From NCBI GenBank assembly GCA_021789595.1, contig JAJYJJ010000013.1:238-64237 (forward strand): 64,000 nt of DNA, read 5' to 3'. Origin of the DNA: Nitrospirota bacterium. GTDB taxonomy: Bacteria > Nitrospirota > Thermodesulfovibrionia > UBA6902 > JAJYJJ01. A program made the position numbers and the translations under genes. Shown in pieces: positions 19,357 through 29,713 of this stretch (the first letter of the stretch is position 1; each line of letters starts with the position of its first letter). The notes below the pieces were generated by a model. That model did not search any database. It saw only the letters and a list, made by a program, of their open reading frames with translations, and had not been told where the DNA came from.

Positions 19357-20760
19357 CTACTCGCACATCACCTTTAATTCTTTTATCTTCTTGCTCAGGG
19401 TATTCCTGTTTATACCAAGCAGCCTTGCCGCCTTTATCTGGTTGCCATTGGTTTCCTTTATGGCTATTGTAATAAGTGCCCTCTCTACCTCGCATATAAC
19501 GGTGTCATACAGGTTGACCCCTTCTGCCTTTGATATCCCTTTCATGAAACCCTTCAATCTTTCCTCGAGGAATCCATGTATTGATATAAAGGGTTTTTTG
19601 TTTGTCGCAATATCCTCAAGCCTTATCACAGAACCCTGTGACAGGATTGATGCCCTCTTGATTGTGTTTTCAAGCTCCCTGACATTGCCGGGCCAGTTAT
19701 ACTCAACAAGGTAATCCTCCACCTCTTTTGAAAGCCTCTTCGGTGCGGTTCGTAACTGTTGTTCTGCTGCCTTGAGAAAATGTTTTGCAAGCGGGATGAT
19801 GTCTTCTTTTCTTTCCTTGAGCGCTGGGAGTTTTATCTGTACCACATTAAACCTGTAATAGAGGTCTTCCCTGAATTTTCCTTCTTTGATCGCATACTCG
19901 AGGTTTTTGTTTGTAGCACCCATGATCCTGATATCTACATTTAATGGCTTATTGCTTCCAAGCGGTGTAAACTCGCCTCCGTCAATAACCCTGAGGAGCT
20001 TTGCCTGAAGGTTTATATCCATCTCGCCAATCTCATCGAGGAACAGCGTTCCGCCATTGGCTGCCTCTATCTTCCCAATCCTTTTGTCAGATGCACCTGT
20101 AAATGCCCCCTTCTCCCAGCCAAAAAGCTCTGCCTCCAGCAGGTCTTTGGGAATGGATGCGGCATTTATCGCAATGAATGGCCCTTCTGCCCTCAGGCTG
20201 TTGTGGTGAATGGCCTTGGCAACAAGCTCTTTGCCTGTGCCGCTTTCTCCAAGGATTAGCACTGTTACATCCTTTGGTGCAACCCTCCCTATTGCCTTGA
20301 AGACCTTCAGCATTGCCTGGCTGCTGCCTATCATCTGCGGCGGTTCAAGCTCCGAGACCTTTGCCCTCAGCTTCTGAAGCTCCTTTTTCATTGCCCATTC
20401 CCCGAATGCCTTATCAACCAGTATCTTGAGTTCCTCAATATCAAAGGGCTTTTCCAGGTAGTCATATGCACCTTTTTTGATTGCCTCTATGGCGCTGTCC
20501 ATCCTTCCATGGGCGGTTATTATAATTACAAGGCTGTCAGGGGAAATGCCCTTTATCTCATCAAGGACATGAAGGCCATCCATGTCAGGGAGCTTTAGAT
20601 CAAGAAGGATGAGAGGGAATTTTTCACCAATAAGTCCGATGCCCTCTACCGCCTTCATTGCTGTTGTCACCTTATAGCCCTTTGATTTAAGGGCCTTTTT
20701 TACCACCCATACAATCCCCTCATCATCATCAATGAGCAGGAGCCTTTTATCCACAGTCAA
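19357..20760 (-). CDS. ntrC: Sigma54-dependent response regulator (NtrC family: REC + AAA+ + Fis-type HTH)
   Basis: REC domain (LLIDDDEG…[11 protein letters not shown]), Walker A GESGTGKE, the GAFTGA sigma54-interaction motif, and a C-terminal HTH ([18 protein letters not shown]). Confidence 0.85.
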   Translation of the reverse strand: MTVDKRLLLIDDDEGIVWVVKKALKSKGYKVTTAMKAVEGIGLIGEKFPLILLDLKLPDMDGLHVLDEIKGISPDSLVIIITAHGRMDSAIEAIKKGAYDYLEKPFDIEELKILVDKAFGEWAMKKELQKLRAKVSELEPPQMIGSSQAMLKVFKAIGRVAPKDVTVLILGESGTGKELVAKAIHHNSLRAEGPFIAINAASIPKDLLEAELFGWEKGAFTGASDKRIGKIEAANGGTLFLDEIGEMDINLQAKLLRVIDGGEFTPLGSNKPLNVDIRIMGATNKNLEYAIKEGKFREDLYYRFNVVQIKLPALKERKEDIIPLAKHFLKAAEQQLRTAPKRLSKEVEDYLVEYNWPGNVRELENTIKRASILSQGSVIRLEDIATNKKPFISIHGFLEERLKGFMKGISKAEGVNLYDTVICEVERALITIAIKETNGNQIKAARLLGINRNTLSKKIKELKVMCE

Positions 20761-20789
20761 TATTGCCTCCTTCTTCTTTATAAGATTCT

Positions 20790-21827
20790 TTATAAGAATG
20801 GTATATACACCTTAAATGTTGTGCCTGAGCCCATCTCGCTTTCAACCTTTATCATGCCTCCATGGTCTCTGATAATCTTCTTTGAGATTGAAAGACCGAG
20901 ACCTGTGCCTTTTATCTTATCTGTATAAAATGGGAGAAATATCTGTTCAAGCCTGTCTTTTGAAATACCTGTGCCCTCATCGCTTACACTGACAATAGCC
21001 CATCTCTTCAGTCTTCCTCCTTCGTAGGCATACTCCTCTGAGGGTATCGTCTTAAAGGTTAGCATACCTCCTGAAGGCATAGCCTCTATGGCATTCTTTA
21101 TAATGTTTATAAATACCTGCAGAAGCTTTGCCTCATCCCCTTTGACAAGGGGAAGGCTCGGGTCATAGAGCCTGAGGAGCCTTATACGATGTTTCTTAAT
21201 CTCTTTTTTCAGGAGCAAGAGTCCTTCTTCTATAACCTCATGGATATTCAAAGGGCTTAGGGTTGGCCTTCTTGAGAAATCCAGAAGCTCCTGCAAAACC
21301 CCTTTCAATCTCTCCACTTCCCTCAGTATTAATTCAACGCATTCCACCCCTTCCTTATCTTTAACCCTGTGCCTTAGTATCTGCGATGCACCCTTTATGC
21401 CTCCAAGCGGATTTTTTATCTCATGTGCAATAGAGCCGAGGACTGTGCTCAAGGAATCAAGCGCTATATCATAGCCCTCGCCTTTACCCTTAAGGACCTC
21501 CCTTAAATTCAGCACAATACCGCTGACAGAGCCTTTGCTATCAAGGGAAGGAGAGGCAGTGAAATCAACAAATGTCTTCCTTCCAAGGTCCACCTCGATA
21601 TCCCTCCCTGTAAAAGACCTCCCTGTCTTTAAAACCCTCTGGATTATAGGCAGGAGAGTCTGTTCGCCTGGAAATGCATTATTAAATGCCCTGCCTATGA
21701 TATCCTTTGAACTCTTGGATGCCATCTCCTCTGCTGCCCTGTTGATGAGTGCAATCTTGAGGTCCCCGTCCACAAGGATTATGGCATCAAGAAGGCTGTT
21801 TATTACTCCGTCAATAATATCCATCAA
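20790..21827 (-). CDS. ntrB: Sensor histidine kinase (PAS + HisKA + HATPase, NtrB-like)
   Basis: H-box HEIKNPLGGIKGASQIL and ATP-binding N, G1 and G2 boxes (NAIEAM…DEGTGI…GTGLGL). Confidence 0.8.
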   Translation of the reverse strand: MMDIIDGVINSLLDAIILVDGDLKIALINRAAEEMASKSSKDIIGRAFNNAFPGEQTLLPIIQRVLKTGRSFTGRDIEVDLGRKTFVDFTASPSLDSKGSVSGIVLNLREVLKGKGEGYDIALDSLSTVLGSIAHEIKNPLGGIKGASQILRHRVKDKEGVECVELILREVERLKGVLQELLDFSRRPTLSPLNIHEVIEEGLLLLKKEIKKHRIRLLRLYDPSLPLVKGDEAKLLQVFINIIKNAIEAMPSGGMLTFKTIPSEEYAYEGGRLKRWAIVSVSDEGTGISKDRLEQIFLPFYTDKIKGTGLGLSISKKIIRDHGGMIKVESEMGSGTTFKVYIPFL

Positions 21828-21938
21828 GACAGAAAGGAGAAAGGACGCATTTTTAGGCGTCGGAAAATAGTTTCATGGAAATGCTAACACATAGGAAAAG
21901 GTTTTTCAATAGCAGGGAATCCCTGAATCAAACGATAA

Positions 21939-24095
21939 TCAGGCTGTCTTCACCCTCTTGACACCTGTTACACCACTGATATTTATAAGCTTCTTTATTA
22001 TCCCATCAAGCTGTTGTTTATCCGCCACCTGGAGGATGAAATTTATCCTTGCATTCTTTGTTGTGTTAGATGTAACTGCCTCTACATGGCTTATATTTAC
22101 ACCTGCTGCTGAGATAACGGATGTAAGGTTGGCAAGAATCCCAGGTGCATCTATAGTGTCAACATATACCCTTACAGGCTGTGTTGTATCTGCTCCCACC
22201 TCCCAACTTACATCGATAAGCCTGTCCTTATCGACTGCAAGACTTTCAAGGTTCGGGCAATCTGCTGTGTGTATGGATACCCCCTTGCCCCTTGTGACAA
22301 AGCCTACGATCTTGTCGCCAGGGATTGGAAAACAACATTTGGAGAAATGAAAGAGGATGTTGTCTACGCCTTTCATTCGTATACCGCCCTGTACCGCAGA
22401 ATGTTTTTGTTCTTTCTTTACGGTCTCTACTTCGGCAGCCTTTTCAGGAATAAACCTGTTTACAACATGATGTGCTGAGAGCTTCCCATAACCGATGGCA
22501 ACGAGTAGGTCCTCAAGATTGTTTATGCCAAGGTCCTTGACAATGTTGAGCGTATCCTTTGATTTAATAAGGTTCGGGCTCAGGTCGTGCTTTCTGAACT
22601 CCCTTTCAAGCAGCTCTGTTCCAAGCTCTATGCTCCTCTTCCTTTCCTCTGTCTTTATCCACTGCTTTATCCTTGTCTTTGCCCTCGGCGTTTTTACAAC
22701 CTTAAGCCAGTCTCTGCTCGGCCCGTGTCCCTGCGAGGTTATTATCTCCACTGTATCTCCATTTCTCAGATGATACCTGAGGGGAACGATCTTTCCATTA
22801 ACCCGCGCACCAATACACTGGTGTCCCACCTGTGTATGTATGCTGTATGCAAAGTCAATGGGCGTTGAGTCAACTGGCAGCTCCATCACATCACCTTGTG
22901 GCGTAAACACATAAACAACCTCAGGGAATATATCGCCCTTAAATATCTCGAGGAATTCCTGGGCATCAGGAAGCTCCTTCTGGGATTGAGCGAGTTCCCT
23001 TAACCATGCGAAATACTTGCTGTCCTTCTCTCGTATATGTCCCTTTTCCTTATATTTCCAGTGAGACGCAATACCTTCCTCTGCTATCTTGTCCATCTCC
23101 TCTGTCCTTATCTGAAACTCTACCTTCTCACCCTTGGGGCCGACTACAGTTGTGTGAAGGGATTGATAGAGATTTGATTTCGGCGCGCCTATGTAGTCCT
23201 TAAACCTCCCGGGCACAGGGGTCCAGAGGGAATGGATGAGGCCGAGGATTGCATAGCAGTTGGCCTTTGTATCTGTTATTATCCTCAGGCCAAGGACATC
23301 ATAGACCTGTTCAAATGGAATACCCTGTTTCTGCATCTTCTGATATATGCCATAATTGTGTTTTACCCTTCCAAATACCTTTCCTGAGAGCCCCTGTTCT
23401 TTTAGCTTCTCCTCTATTATTCTCATCACCTCGTTGAGATAGCCCTCCTGCTCTTCCTTTCTCTTGGCAACCTTGCTGGCAATGTCCTCGTATACCTCTG
23501 GCATCAGGAACTTGAAGCTCAGGTCCTCAAACTCTGTCTTTAGCCAGCCTATGCCGAGCCGATTGGCAAGGGGTGCATATATTTCGAGTGTCTCAAGTGC
23601 GATGCGCTGCCTTTTGTGCTCAGGCAGATACTGGAGTGTTCTCATATTGTGCAATCTATCTGCGAACTTTATGAGTATTATCCTGATATCTTTTGCCATG
23701 GCAAGGAGCATTTTTCTGAAGTTTTCTGCCTGGGCCTCCTTCTTTGTCTTAAACTCCATCATGCTCAATTTTGTGAGGCCTTCAACAAGAAAGGCAATGT
23801 CCTTGCCAAACCTCTCTGCTATCTCGTCAACTGTGGTTGCTGTATCCTCGACAGAATCGTGCAGTAGACCTGCAGCAATGGTAATGCTATCCATCTTCAT
23901 CTGGGCAAGGGTCATGGCAACAGCAAGAAGGTGTTCTGTGTATGGCCCTCCTGCAACCCTTTTTTGGTCTGCGTGTACCTTCGAGGCGAATTCGTATGCA
24001 GATTTAAGTCGCTCTGTATTGGCCTCACTATTATAAGACAGGACTGTCTTAATAAGGGTATCCAGGGTAATAGATTTCTCCTCTATAGTAGCCAT
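21939..24095 (-). CDS. relA: Bifunctional (p)ppGpp synthetase/hydrolase RelA/SpoT
   Basis: HD hydrolase motif (HDSVEDT), synthetase domain, TGS and C-terminal ACT-like domains; 718 aa. Confidence 0.9.
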   Translation of the reverse strand: MATIEEKSITLDTLIKTVLSYNSEANTERLKSAYEFASKVHADQKRVAGGPYTEHLLAVAMTLAQMKMDSITIAAGLLHDSVEDTATTVDEIAERFGKDIAFLVEGLTKLSMMEFKTKKEAQAENFRKMLLAMAKDIRIILIKFADRLHNMRTLQYLPEHKRQRIALETLEIYAPLANRLGIGWLKTEFEDLSFKFLMPEVYEDIASKVAKRKEEQEGYLNEVMRIIEEKLKEQGLSGKVFGRVKHNYGIYQKMQKQGIPFEQVYDVLGLRIITDTKANCYAILGLIHSLWTPVPGRFKDYIGAPKSNLYQSLHTTVVGPKGEKVEFQIRTEEMDKIAEEGIASHWKYKEKGHIREKDSKYFAWLRELAQSQKELPDAQEFLEIFKGDIFPEVVYVFTPQGDVMELPVDSTPIDFAYSIHTQVGHQCIGARVNGKIVPLRYHLRNGDTVEIITSQGHGPSRDWLKVVKTPRAKTRIKQWIKTEERKRSIELGTELLEREFRKHDLSPNLIKSKDTLNIVKDLGINNLEDLLVAIGYGKLSAHHVVNRFIPEKAAEVETVKKEQKHSAVQGGIRMKGVDNILFHFSKCCFPIPGDKIVGFVTRGKGVSIHTADCPNLESLAVDKDRLIDVSWEVGADTTQPVRVYVDTIDAPGILANLTSVISAAGVNISHVEAVTSNTTKNARINFILQVADKQQLDGIIKKLINISGVTGVKRVKTA

Positions 24096-24181
24096 TTTAT
24101 ATTATAACACTATCAATTCAATACTGTCTTATGGCCGCACCATCGTCCTTGACTTTACCCCATGTATTAGGGTTAAACTAA

Positions 24182-25717
24182 TTGTTATTAATGGAAGTGA
24201 TAAATGAGATAAGGGATGAGGATGTAGATCTCGGTCTACTGAAGGAGGTGCCCCTTTCCTTTTCTAAGGGGAATCTTATGATGCCCCTGAGACAGCAGGA
24301 CGGCGAGATAGTTGCTGCTGTTTCTGATATCCGCGGTGTCCTTGCACTGAAGGACATTGCAAAGGCATTTAACCTCAAGCCAAGACCAATCCAGACGGCA
24401 TCAGGCGTAATACTTGATGCCATAGGAAGGCTGTATGGGAGGGCAAGCACAGCAGAGGATGTCATAGGAGACCTCTCAGGTGAAGACCTTTCTATGGTAG
24501 CAACCGAGTTTGAGGCGCCAAAAGACCTCCTTGAACTTACAGAAGAGGCGCCAATAATAAGGCTTCTTAATGCACTTTTCCATCAGGCTGTAAAGGAAAG
24601 GGCAAGCGACATTCATGTAGAGCCGTATGAGAAAGAACTTGAGGTAAGATTGAGGGTTGACGGCATCTTACGCAAGGTCTTGTCACCTCCAAAGATAATA
24701 CAGGAGGCACTCATCAGCAGGGTAAAGATAATGGCAAATCTTGACATTGCAGAAAAACGCCTTCCCCAGGATGGCAGGATAAGACTGCTTGTAGGCGGAA
24801 GGGACATTGACATAAGGGTCTCCATTATTCCGACATCATTCGGGGAAAGGGCTGTACTAAGACTACTTGACAGAAAACGGGGCCTTCTCAGCCTCAGCGA
24901 TGTTGGGCTTTCAAAGGACAATGTCAAAAAGATGGAGGATATACTCATAAGAACAAATGGCATTGTACTTGTTACAGGGCCGACAGGCAGTGGCAAGACG
25001 ACAACACTCTATGCTGCCATTAATCAGGTGAAGACAGAGGAAAAAAATATAATAACCGTTGAAGACCCTGTGGAATACCAGTTAGAGGGTGTTGGCCAGA
25101 TCCAGGTAAATCCAAGAATCGGCCTTAACTTTGCATCAGGGCTGAGGTCTATAGTAAGACAGGACCCCGATATCATCATGGTTGGTGAAATCAGGGATTC
25201 AGAGACAGCAGAGATCGCTATACAGGCGTCTTTGACAGGTCATCTTGTCCTTTCTACGCTGCACACCAATGATGCGCCAACTGCCCTTACAAGGCTGCTT
25301 GATATGGGGATAGAGCCGTTCCTTGTTGCCTCATCCTTATACGGCGTATTTGCCCAGAGGCTTGTAAGGGTCATATGCCCGAACTGCAAAAAGGGGTTTA
25401 GCCCGTCAAATGCAGAGCTTGAGTATTTTGAAGGGCTGGGCAGGCCAGGGCAGCTCTTTCACGGTATCGGCTGTGATAAGTGCAAAGGAAAGGGCTACAT
25501 AGGAAGGACAGGGATATTTGAACTCCTCATTATAGATAACGAAGTCCGTTCCATGATTATGCAGCGCGATGATGCCAAGGCCATAAAGGAATATGCTGTA
25601 TCAAAGGGGATGAAGACGCTGAGGATGGACGGTCTTGATAAGGTAATGCAGGGGATAACAACCCTTGAGGAGGTATTGAGGGTTACACAGAAGGACTATG
25701 CCGATCTTCCTGTATAG
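24182..25717 (+). CDS. gspE: Type II secretion system ATPase GspE
   Basis: Walker A VTGPTGSGKTTTL, Asp and His boxes, and the tetracysteine motif (CPNCK…CDKCKGKG) of GspE/PilB secretion ATPases. Confidence 0.85.
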   Translation: MLLMEVINEIRDEDVDLGLLKEVPLSFSKGNLMMPLRQQDGEIVAAVSDIRGVLALKDIAKAFNLKPRPIQTASGVILDAIGRLYGRASTAEDVIGDLSGEDLSMVATEFEAPKDLLELTEEAPIIRLLNALFHQAVKERASDIHVEPYEKELEVRLRVDGILRKVLSPPKIIQEALISRVKIMANLDIAEKRLPQDGRIRLLVGGRDIDIRVSIIPTSFGERAVLRLLDRKRGLLSLSDVGLSKDNVKKMEDILIRTNGIVLVTGPTGSGKTTTLYAAINQVKTEEKNIITVEDPVEYQLEGVGQIQVNPRIGLNFASGLRSIVRQDPDIIMVGEIRDSETAEIAIQASLTGHLVLSTLHTNDAPTALTRLLDMGIEPFLVASSLYGVFAQRLVRVICPNCKKGFSPSNAELEYFEGLGRPGQLFHGIGCDKCKGKGYIGRTGIFELLIIDNEVRSMIMQRDDAKAIKEYAVSKGMKTLRMDGLDKVMQGITTLEEVLRVTQKDYADLPV

Positions 25718-26879
25718 GGGCTACCGCGAAAGCGGCGATGTGGTAACCGGCACCATAGAGGCAGATGGTCCAAAGGATGCCCTCCAGAGGATAAAGGAAC
25801 TCGGCCTTTTCCCTAAGGAGATAAAGGAGTCGCTGCCAAAGGAAAAGAGATTCAGCCTGAGGAGTGATATCAGCCTTCTGCCTTCTGTCACAAGACTTAT
25901 AGCTACGCTTTTATCCTCAGGCGTTCCTGTAATAGATGCTATTAGTGCGGTTGCCTCAGAGGAAAAGGGTTACTGGCAGAAACTACTTGTTGGAATAAAG
26001 GACAGGGTTGCTTCGGGCTCGTCCCTTTCAAGGGCTATTGAGGCATACCCAAAGGTCTTCCCTGAGTTCTATGTGAGTATGGTTGCTGCAGGAGAGGCAT
26101 CAGGTGCCCTTGACAAGGTTCTTCTCAGACTCGCAGATTTCCTTGAGGCACAGGCATCATTAAGGTCAAGGGTCAAGACCGCTACTGTCTATCCAATATT
26201 CATGGTCTTTGTCAGCATAGGAGTGTTGTCATTTCTTTTTACCTTTGTTGTTCCGAAGATAACAAAGATATTCGAGGATACAAAGAGCGCACTTCCCCTT
26301 GTCACCGTGATTCTTATCTGGATAAGCAATATCTTTCACAGATTCTGGTGGCTTCTCCTCGGCCTTCTGACAGCAGGCGTTTTTGGATTCCAGAGGTTTA
26401 TAAATAAGAAGAGGGAAGTATGGGACTCTTTTTTGCTCAGGGTTCCAGGGAATACCCTCAATAACCTTTACATGTCGAGGTTCACAAGAACGCTGGGGCT
26501 GCTTTTAAGGAGTGGCCTTCCAATATTGAGGGCATTGGAGTTGAGTGCAAGGACTGTTGGAAATACCGCGATCGAGAAAAAGGTGAGGAAGGCAGGCGAG
26601 AGGGTTATTGAAGGGGCAAGCCTTTCATCTGCACTTAAGGATGCAGGTGGTTTCCCCCCGATACTGCTGCATATGATAGCAACAGGTGAAAGGAGCGGTG
26701 AGATAGAGGACATACTTGACAGGGCTGCTGCTGCGTATGAGGCAGAGTTTGACAGGGGCATAACAAGGTCAGTCGCCATCCTGGAGCCAGGCCTTATCCT
26801 GGCGATGGGTCTTGTTGTAGGTTTTATAGTCATATCAATACTGCTACCCATATTCCAGTTGAATCAGCTTATAAAATGA
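25698..26879 (+). CDS. gspF: Type II secretion system inner-membrane platform protein GspF
   Basis: Two repeated GspF/PilC domains with three TM helices and the conserved …GLSLSEAL…-type segments (SSLSRAIEAYP, ASLSSALKDAG). Confidence 0.85.
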   Translation: MPIFLYRGYRESGDVVTGTIEADGPKDALQRIKELGLFPKEIKESLPKEKRFSLRSDISLLPSVTRLIATLLSSGVPVIDAISAVASEEKGYWQKLLVGIKDRVASGSSLSRAIEAYPKVFPEFYVSMVAAGEASGALDKVLLRLADFLEAQASLRSRVKTATVYPIFMVFVSIGVLSFLFTFVVPKITKIFEDTKSALPLVTVILIWISNIFHRFWWLLLGLLTAGVFGFQRFINKKREVWDSFLLRVPGNTLNNLYMSRFTRTLGLLLRSGLPILRALELSARTVGNTAIEKKVRKAGERVIEGASLSSALKDAGGFPPILLHMIATGERSGEIEDILDRAAAAYEAEFDRGITRSVAILEPGLILAMGLVVGFIVISILLPIFQLNQLIK

Positions 26880-26928
26880 CATTGCACTAATATTTATCGC
26901 ATAACCGCTGATGCGGGAAGGAGGAAGG

Positions 26929-27387
26929 ATGAGGAAGGAAAGATCAAATGGATTTCTGACAACCCATGATGGGTTTACCTTGATAGAGATAATGGTAGTC
27001 CTGTTCATACTTACACTGCTGGTTGCCCTTGTAGCGCCAAAGATAATAGGGAGAACAGATGATGCGAGGATAGCAGATGCTAAACTGCAGATAAAAAACT
27101 TTGAGACTGCACTTCATCTCTATAAGATTGACAACGGCATGTATCCAACAACAGAGCAGGGGCTTGATGCACTTGTTGAACCGCCGACAATCCCGCCCCT
27201 GCCCACCCACTATAAGGAAGGTGGGTATCTGGAGAAGAAAAAGATCCCCCTTGATCCGTGGGGGAACCCATATATATACGCCTCCCCCGGGCTTCATGGA
27301 GATTATGATATTATCTGTTATGGGGCAGATGGCAAGCCTGGTGGAGAGGGCAAGAATGCGGATATTGAGAACTGGAACATCGAATAA
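26929..27387 (+). CDS. gspG: Major pseudopilin GspG
   Basis: Prepilin leader plus [10 protein letters not shown] processing site; C-terminal [42 protein letters not shown] is the classic GspG signature. Start taken at the second ATG (RBS GGAAGGAGG); the ORF track starts at 26911. Confidence 0.85.
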   Translation: MRKERSNGFLTTHDGFTLIEIMVVLFILTLLVALVAPKIIGRTDDARIADAKLQIKNFETALHLYKIDNGMYPTTEQGLDALVEPPTIPPLPTHYKEGGYLEKKKIPLDPWGNPYIYASPGLHGDYDIICYGADGKPGGEGKNADIENWNIE

Positions 27388-27874
27388 AGGAGTCCCCAGA
27401 AAATCGCAGGTTTTCCGGGGTACAAATAAAGGCTTTACACTCCTTGAACTCCTTGTTGTCATAACAATCATCTCCATTGTGATTGGACTTGTAATGCCGA
27501 GGTTTTTTGATATCGGCGGAGAGACACTCAAGGCAGAGGCAAGAAGGTTAGCAGGGATTATACGCTATACCTATGACACGGCTGTTGCCCAGAAAAGGCA
27601 ATACAGTCTCCTCATAGACATTGACAAAGACAGGTGGAAGATCTCTGGCGGGGATGATGTAGAGGAGGGCAGGCTGAGGGATGATGTCAAGATAGAGGAT
27701 ATTATTGTGCCTTCACGGGGCAAGATAAAGGAAGGCGAGGTTGCAATGACCTTTACCCCATTAGGATTAAATGAGCCTCTTGAGATCCATCTGAAGGAGG
27801 ATAAGGGGCAATACAGCCTTATCTTTAACCCGTATACAGGAAGGGTAAAGGTATTGGAGGGTTATGTCGAATAA
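27356..27874 (+). CDS. gspH: Minor pseudopilin GspH-like
   Basis: Prepilin-type N-terminus [18 protein letters not shown] after a leader. The ATG start around 27356 overlaps the gspG 3' end; the track's 27101 start is an in-frame upstream extension and is rejected. Confidence 0.6.
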   Translation: MRILRTGTSNKGVPRKSQVFRGTNKGFTLLELLVVITIISIVIGLVMPRFFDIGGETLKAEARRLAGIIRYTYDTAVAQKRQYSLLIDIDKDRWKISGGDDVEEGRLRDDVKIEDIIVPSRGKIKEGEVAMTFTPLGLNEPLEIHLKEDKGQYSLIFNPYTGRVKVLEGYVE

Positions 27875-28244
27875 CAGGGTATCCAAAAAGTCAAAGAGTT
27901 TTTGGGGTACCAGCAGGGGCTTTACACTCATAGAGATTATGGTAGCCCTTGCAATCATCGCCATACTTTTGATGACCATTATATATACGGTAAATTACAA
28001 TCTCAAGATAATAGACGATGACGAGTTGACAACCACGCTTGTGACCCTGGCCAAGGCAAAGATGTCCGAGCTTGAGGACAATAAGGATAAGCGGGATGAA
28101 AAAGGCAAATTCCCATCTCCCTATGATAATTTTTCATACACAGCCTCTGTGGCCGATTCCAGCCATGTAGGCGTACTGTTATTTACAGTCGAGGTTAATG
28201 GTAATGGAAAGGGCGTTTCGCTTTATGAATATCTACCGAAATAG
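27864..28244 (+). CDS. gspI: Minor pseudopilin GspI-like
   Basis: N-terminal [19 protein letters not shown] prepilin motif; ~125 aa. Confidence 0.7.
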   Translation: MSNNRVSKKSKSFWGTSRGFTLIEIMVALAIIAILLMTIIYTVNYNLKIIDDDELTTTLVTLAKAKMSELEDNKDKRDEKGKFPSPYDNFSYTASVADSSHVGVLLFTVEVNGNGKGVSLYEYLPK

Positions 28245-28833
28245 ACTAAGGATTAGTGGCGGCTTTACGCTTATTGAGGTTCTAATATCGCTTGCCATCC
28301 TTGCGATAATACTCACTGCCCTTTACAATACCTTTTTCCTGACCAGGAAGGCGATGGACAGGGTAGAGGGCAGCCTTGTCAAATACCAGGAGGCAAGGAT
28401 GCTGCTTGATTCCATGAGGAGGGAGGCAGATGGGCTATATTTCAAAACCGGGGTTAAGGGGACATACTTTGTGGCTGAGGACAAGGATATCTTTGGGAAA
28501 CCAGCATCAAAGCTCTCAATGACATCCTTTAGTTTCCACGGAGGGGTGGTAGCCTTCTCATACTGGGTAGAGGAAAAGGATGGCGTTATGGATCTCCTGA
28601 AAAAGGAGGATAACCCCATAGTGCCCAATGATATAAAGGGGATGACGGTTGCAGAGGACATAGAAGGGTTCTCTGTGGAGATCAGGACAGGTGACAAATG
28701 GGTCAAAAGCTGGGACACAGGAATAACTAACCAGAGCCCACCGATTGTGAGGTTTACACTGAGCTTTAAAGACAAAGGGAAACTTGTTTCCCTGAGCGAG
28801 ATTGCGAGGCCAAAGGTTGAAGGAAGCCTTTAG
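28225..28833 (+). CDS. gspJ: Minor pseudopilin GspJ-like
   Basis: N-terminal GGFTLIEVLISLAILAIIL prepilin motif. Start placed at the internal M (MNIYRN…); the ORF extends up to 28198. Confidence 0.65.
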   Translation: MNIYRNRLRISGGFTLIEVLISLAILAIILTALYNTFFLTRKAMDRVEGSLVKYQEARMLLDSMRREADGLYFKTGVKGTYFVAEDKDIFGKPASKLSMTSFSFHGGVVAFSYWVEEKDGVMDLLKKEDNPIVPNDIKGMTVAEDIEGFSVEIRTGDKWVKSWDTGITNQSPPIVRFTLSFKDKGKLVSLSEIARPKVEGSL

Positions 28834-29713
28834 AAAAATAGATAACAATAAAGGCACGGCCCTTATCATTACCCTCCTTGTTGTGGCATTACTCACATCC
28901 ATGGTTGTGGAGTTTGCATATGGCGTATATGCGAACACATCTATGCTCCATAACTGGCAGGCATCTCAAGAGGCATCCCTCATTGCAAAATCAGGGATTT
29001 CCCTTTCAGAGGTATACCTGAAGGAGTTGCTTTCCATGTCGCAATACAGCTATCCAGGCTCTATAGACCTTCCTGTGGAAAAACCATTTCCTGATAAGGA
29101 CGGCTCGCTGGATGTCAGACTTGAGGATGAAAGCGGCAAGATAAATATAAACAACCTTGTATTCCCAAACGGCCTTGTAGATGCAAAGACCTATGGTATG
29201 TTCCAGAGGCTCTTAAAGGCATTGAACTTGAAACCAGAGATAGCAGATGCCATTGTCAGGTGGATAGAGCCTGTAAAGGGACAGGGCATGGAGCAGTCAT
29301 TCAATAAGCATGCGCCTCTTTGGAGCCTTGATGAGCTGAAGATGATAAAGGGCATTGATGAAAATACTTTCAATACATTAAAGCCTTATGTTACTCTATA
29401 TTCCGATGGATTTATAAATATTAATGCAGCGGAGATGCCTGTGCTTTTGAGTTTATCTGATGATATGACACCTGACCTATGCCAGAGGATTATAGAGCAC
29501 AGGGAATTATTCCCCTTCAAGGACAGGACACAGTTGATGCAGGTGCCTGGTTTTGAGACCCTCGGCCTTACCCTTCAGGACAGGATAAGCGTAAAGGGGA
29601 GTGCCTTCAGGGTCGTTTCTACAGGAGATGTAGGAGGGATAAAGAGGGTTATTGAGGCCATTATAGATATGAGTAGCGGCACTTACATAATAAAATTCTG
29701 GAGGGAAGGATAG
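28802..29713 (+). CDS. gspK: Minor pseudopilin GspK-like
   Basis: Pseudopilin-like hydrophobic N-terminus lacking the conserved Glu5 (GTALIITLLVVALL) and ~300 aa length with a helix-hairpin-helix-like C-terminal region, as in GspK. Confidence 0.65.
   Translation: MRGQRLKEAFRKIDNNKGTALIITLLVVALLTSMVVEFAYGVYANTSMLHNWQASQEASLIAKSGISLSEVYLKELLSMSQYSYPGSIDLPVEKPFPDKDGSLDVRLEDESGKININNLVFPNGLVDAKTYGMFQRLLKALNLKPEIADAIVRWIEPVKGQGMEQSFNKHAPLWSLDELKMIKGIDENTFNTLKPYVTLYSDGFININAAEMPVLLSLSDDMTPDLCQRIIEHRELFPFKDRTQLMQVPGFETLGLTLQDRISVKGSAFRVVSTGDVGGIKRVIEAIIDMSSGTYIIKFWREG

Noticed and set aside
27101-27874. 257-aa version of the gspH-like ORF starting far inside gspG
   Set aside because: The prepilin processing motif (KGFTLLE) lies ~100 codons downstream of that start. 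An ATG at about 27356 with an upstream AAGGAG is the biologically sensible start; the long form is an in-frame read-through of the gspG 3' region in another frame.
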